From contig CT868374.1 of NCBI GenBank assembly GCA_000165425.1, positions 62,001 through 126,000 of the forward strand: a DNA stretch of 64,000 nucleotides. Reading direction: 5' to 3'. The translations under genes were made by a program, and so were the position numbers. Of this stretch, positions 62,146 through 64,000 are shown in pieces; positions within the stretch are counted from its first letter, which is position 1; every line of letters starts with the position of its first letter. Below the pieces are notes generated by a model. That model did no database searches, had not been told where the DNA came from, and saw only the letters and a list, made by a program, of their open reading frames with translations. This DNA is from Paramecium tetraurelia (Eukaryota).

Positions 62146-64000
62146 ATGACTCTATTTTCTGAGTTTCTGATTATAGGATATTAGCCAGAAGAATATAAAG
62201 AGACGGAAATCATTGAATACTTCCACATAAACGGATCAAGTCTCCCAGATTATCTTAGAAATGTAGGCATTGTAATTATCTGTTTGAATTGCTATATAGA
62301 TGTGCTTTACAAGTGGCTTTGATGTTAAGTAAGAACAAGAATAGCAAAAGAAATCCGATGACATAAACAGCAAGAATTATTTGCATCAGTTTGTGATTAC
62401 AGATCAGAGTGGGTAATTACGATATTGCACTTCTCTCGTCGTATTCGAGAGTTTCAAAAATGACTTTTACACTCCATTTGCTTACGTGATTGTTTCTGAG
62501 CAATCCAACTTGGTTAGATAAAAATGTTATATGAGAGCATTGTACAATGGCATTTTTGACAGAGTGACAGTACTTATTATTTACATTATTTTACAGAGAT
62601 ATAGAGATCGTGGATGGTAAATGGGATCATAGAAATTATCTAATCAATAATTATTTGAATTCTATTTGTCTGTCGGAATCACTAATTTGGATGGATTATA
62701 TTTTGTACCTAAACAAATCATGAAGACAAGACAAGAAGTGATAACAGATCTAATTATTAACAATCCTAACCATAAAAACAATCTGTACAATAAAGACATC
62801 AGTTTCAATGTTCTATTTTCCAAATTATCAATCAAAAGTATAATCAAAGTAGTGCAATCAATAATCCTTGAAAAACAGATCATTTTATTCACTACTTAGG
62901 TTTGGGACTTAGCCACTATCACTGAAGCATTCCTTCAATTTATTTACCCTCTCTAATGGAGATGCATTTATATACCCTATCTACCCGCAGAAATACTTGA
63001 CACTCTTCACGTTTCTGTCCCTTACATCATTGGAGTGCATTGTAATCTCAAGGAACGAGTATTAACACAATACGACTGCCTAGATAAGATTCTCGTTGAC
63101 TTAGATCAAGACAGGGTCATTGGCTGTAATTTAGTATTTAGAAATATTATATTTTTGTTAGATCTTGCCCTTCCCAGAACAACTTGTAGAAACCCTTGTG
63201 AATTAGAGTTCCAAATTTTCTTATTAAGATGATGTAATATAAACATTTGTTTGTAGTCTGAATTGCTATAGGTTTAATGCTGCTTCCTTAAATTCCAATT
63301 GTAACTCATCAACAACATAGTCCCTTACTTTATTTACTCGGACATCCTACAAATAAAACCAAAAATAGAGGACATATTTGATAAGGATCTTTACATTGAA
63401 TAATTTACACCTTTAGATTAAGAATTCTACCGGGAATTCGTGAACAAAACTATGGTATTCATATTCTTATAGAGTTTTAGATGTTCCAACGCTTTATTGA
63501 AGAATCCTATTAATACTTACATCAAAAGCAGTTCTTGAAATAAAACATCAAAGCAAATATTTTCATTGATTTACTACTATTGATCAACACTTCAGGGTAT
63601 TTCAACATTTACAAATTGCAAAACAAAGACTTTGAAGCCAAATTATTCAGTCTAATGAATGAATCCAAATCCTTGATTCCAGAATCAGAGAAATCAATTC
63701 ATTCACTCTTTACCTAATATCAAAAACAAATCAGCGACTATCTAATTCCTTAAAAGAAATTTCCTGTCCTTTAAATCGACAAATCAAAAATCATACAAAT
63801 AGATGCCATTCAAAATAGTATTCACCAAAGCTCACTCATGTAAAGAAGTACCCAATCATAAAAAACCGATATCAGCAATGAAAATAAATAGGTCATCAAT
63901 ATACTAACAATCAAAGTCCACAAAATTAATCCTATTACTAAATCTCTCATACAAAATGATGTAACTTCTTAAATTATTTTGAAATATCCTAAAAAATCTT
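62146..64000 (+). CDS. DENN-domain protein (Rab GEF), runs off the window end
   Basis: FSEFLIIG, HQFVITDQSGQLRYCTSL (uDENN); ILEKQIILFTT...TEAFLQFIYPLQWRCIYIPYLP...VPYIIGVH...LVDLD (DENN core). Confidence 0.92.

Noticed and set aside
1..64000. Abundant in-frame TAA/TAG suggesting mass pseudogenisation or novel recoding
   Set aside because: This is the standard ciliate code 6. Conserved proteins (SAR1, SMC2, RPB10) translate correctly with Gln at these codons.
1..64000. Transposons, retained IESs, telomeric repeats, tRNA or rRNA genes
   Set aside because: I saw no transposase or RT motifs, no C4A2/C3A3 tracts, no convincing TA-bounded IES interrupting a gene and no tRNA/rRNA signatures. Short elements could be missed by eye.

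Overview
AT-rich, very gene-dense eukaryotic DNA from a ciliate macronuclear chromosome, almost certainly Paramecium (P. tetraurelia-like). The evidence is that genes read through only with genetic code 6 (TAA/TAG=Gln, TGA sole stop), introns are mostly 21-29-nt GT..AG, intergenic gaps are often under 100 nt, and a trichocyst matrix protein gene is present. The supplied ORF track treats TAA/TAG as stops and ignores introns, so most of its ORFs are fragments or antisense shadows. I re-translated by hand and can support about 42 genes. Recognisable ones are DPM2-like, TMP, NAP1, two protein kinases, two mitochondrial carriers, a RAP-domain protein, bZIP, CXC/tesmin, SAR1, RPB10, WD40, CRAL-TRIO, an RBR E3 ligase, ARPC5-like, SMC2, a P4-ATPase, PPP4R4-like and a DENN protein. 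There is also one N-gap and several decayed stretches. The most interesting items are: (1) a 155-aa tandem ubiquitin-like protein ending RGG-RQA, an ISG15/FAT10-like conjugatable-modifier architecture; (2) a two-repeat cation channel with SLDDW/TLDDW Ca-type filters and no charged S4; (3) a TPR protein with an unassigned helical domain, QQPPP repeats and a CCIIY tail; (4) a tandem pair of divergent secreted paralogs; (5) a candidate mitochondrial beta-barrel; (6) a likely GC-AG intron. All family calls come from motif recognition by eye, with no database searches, and exon boundaries are approximate.
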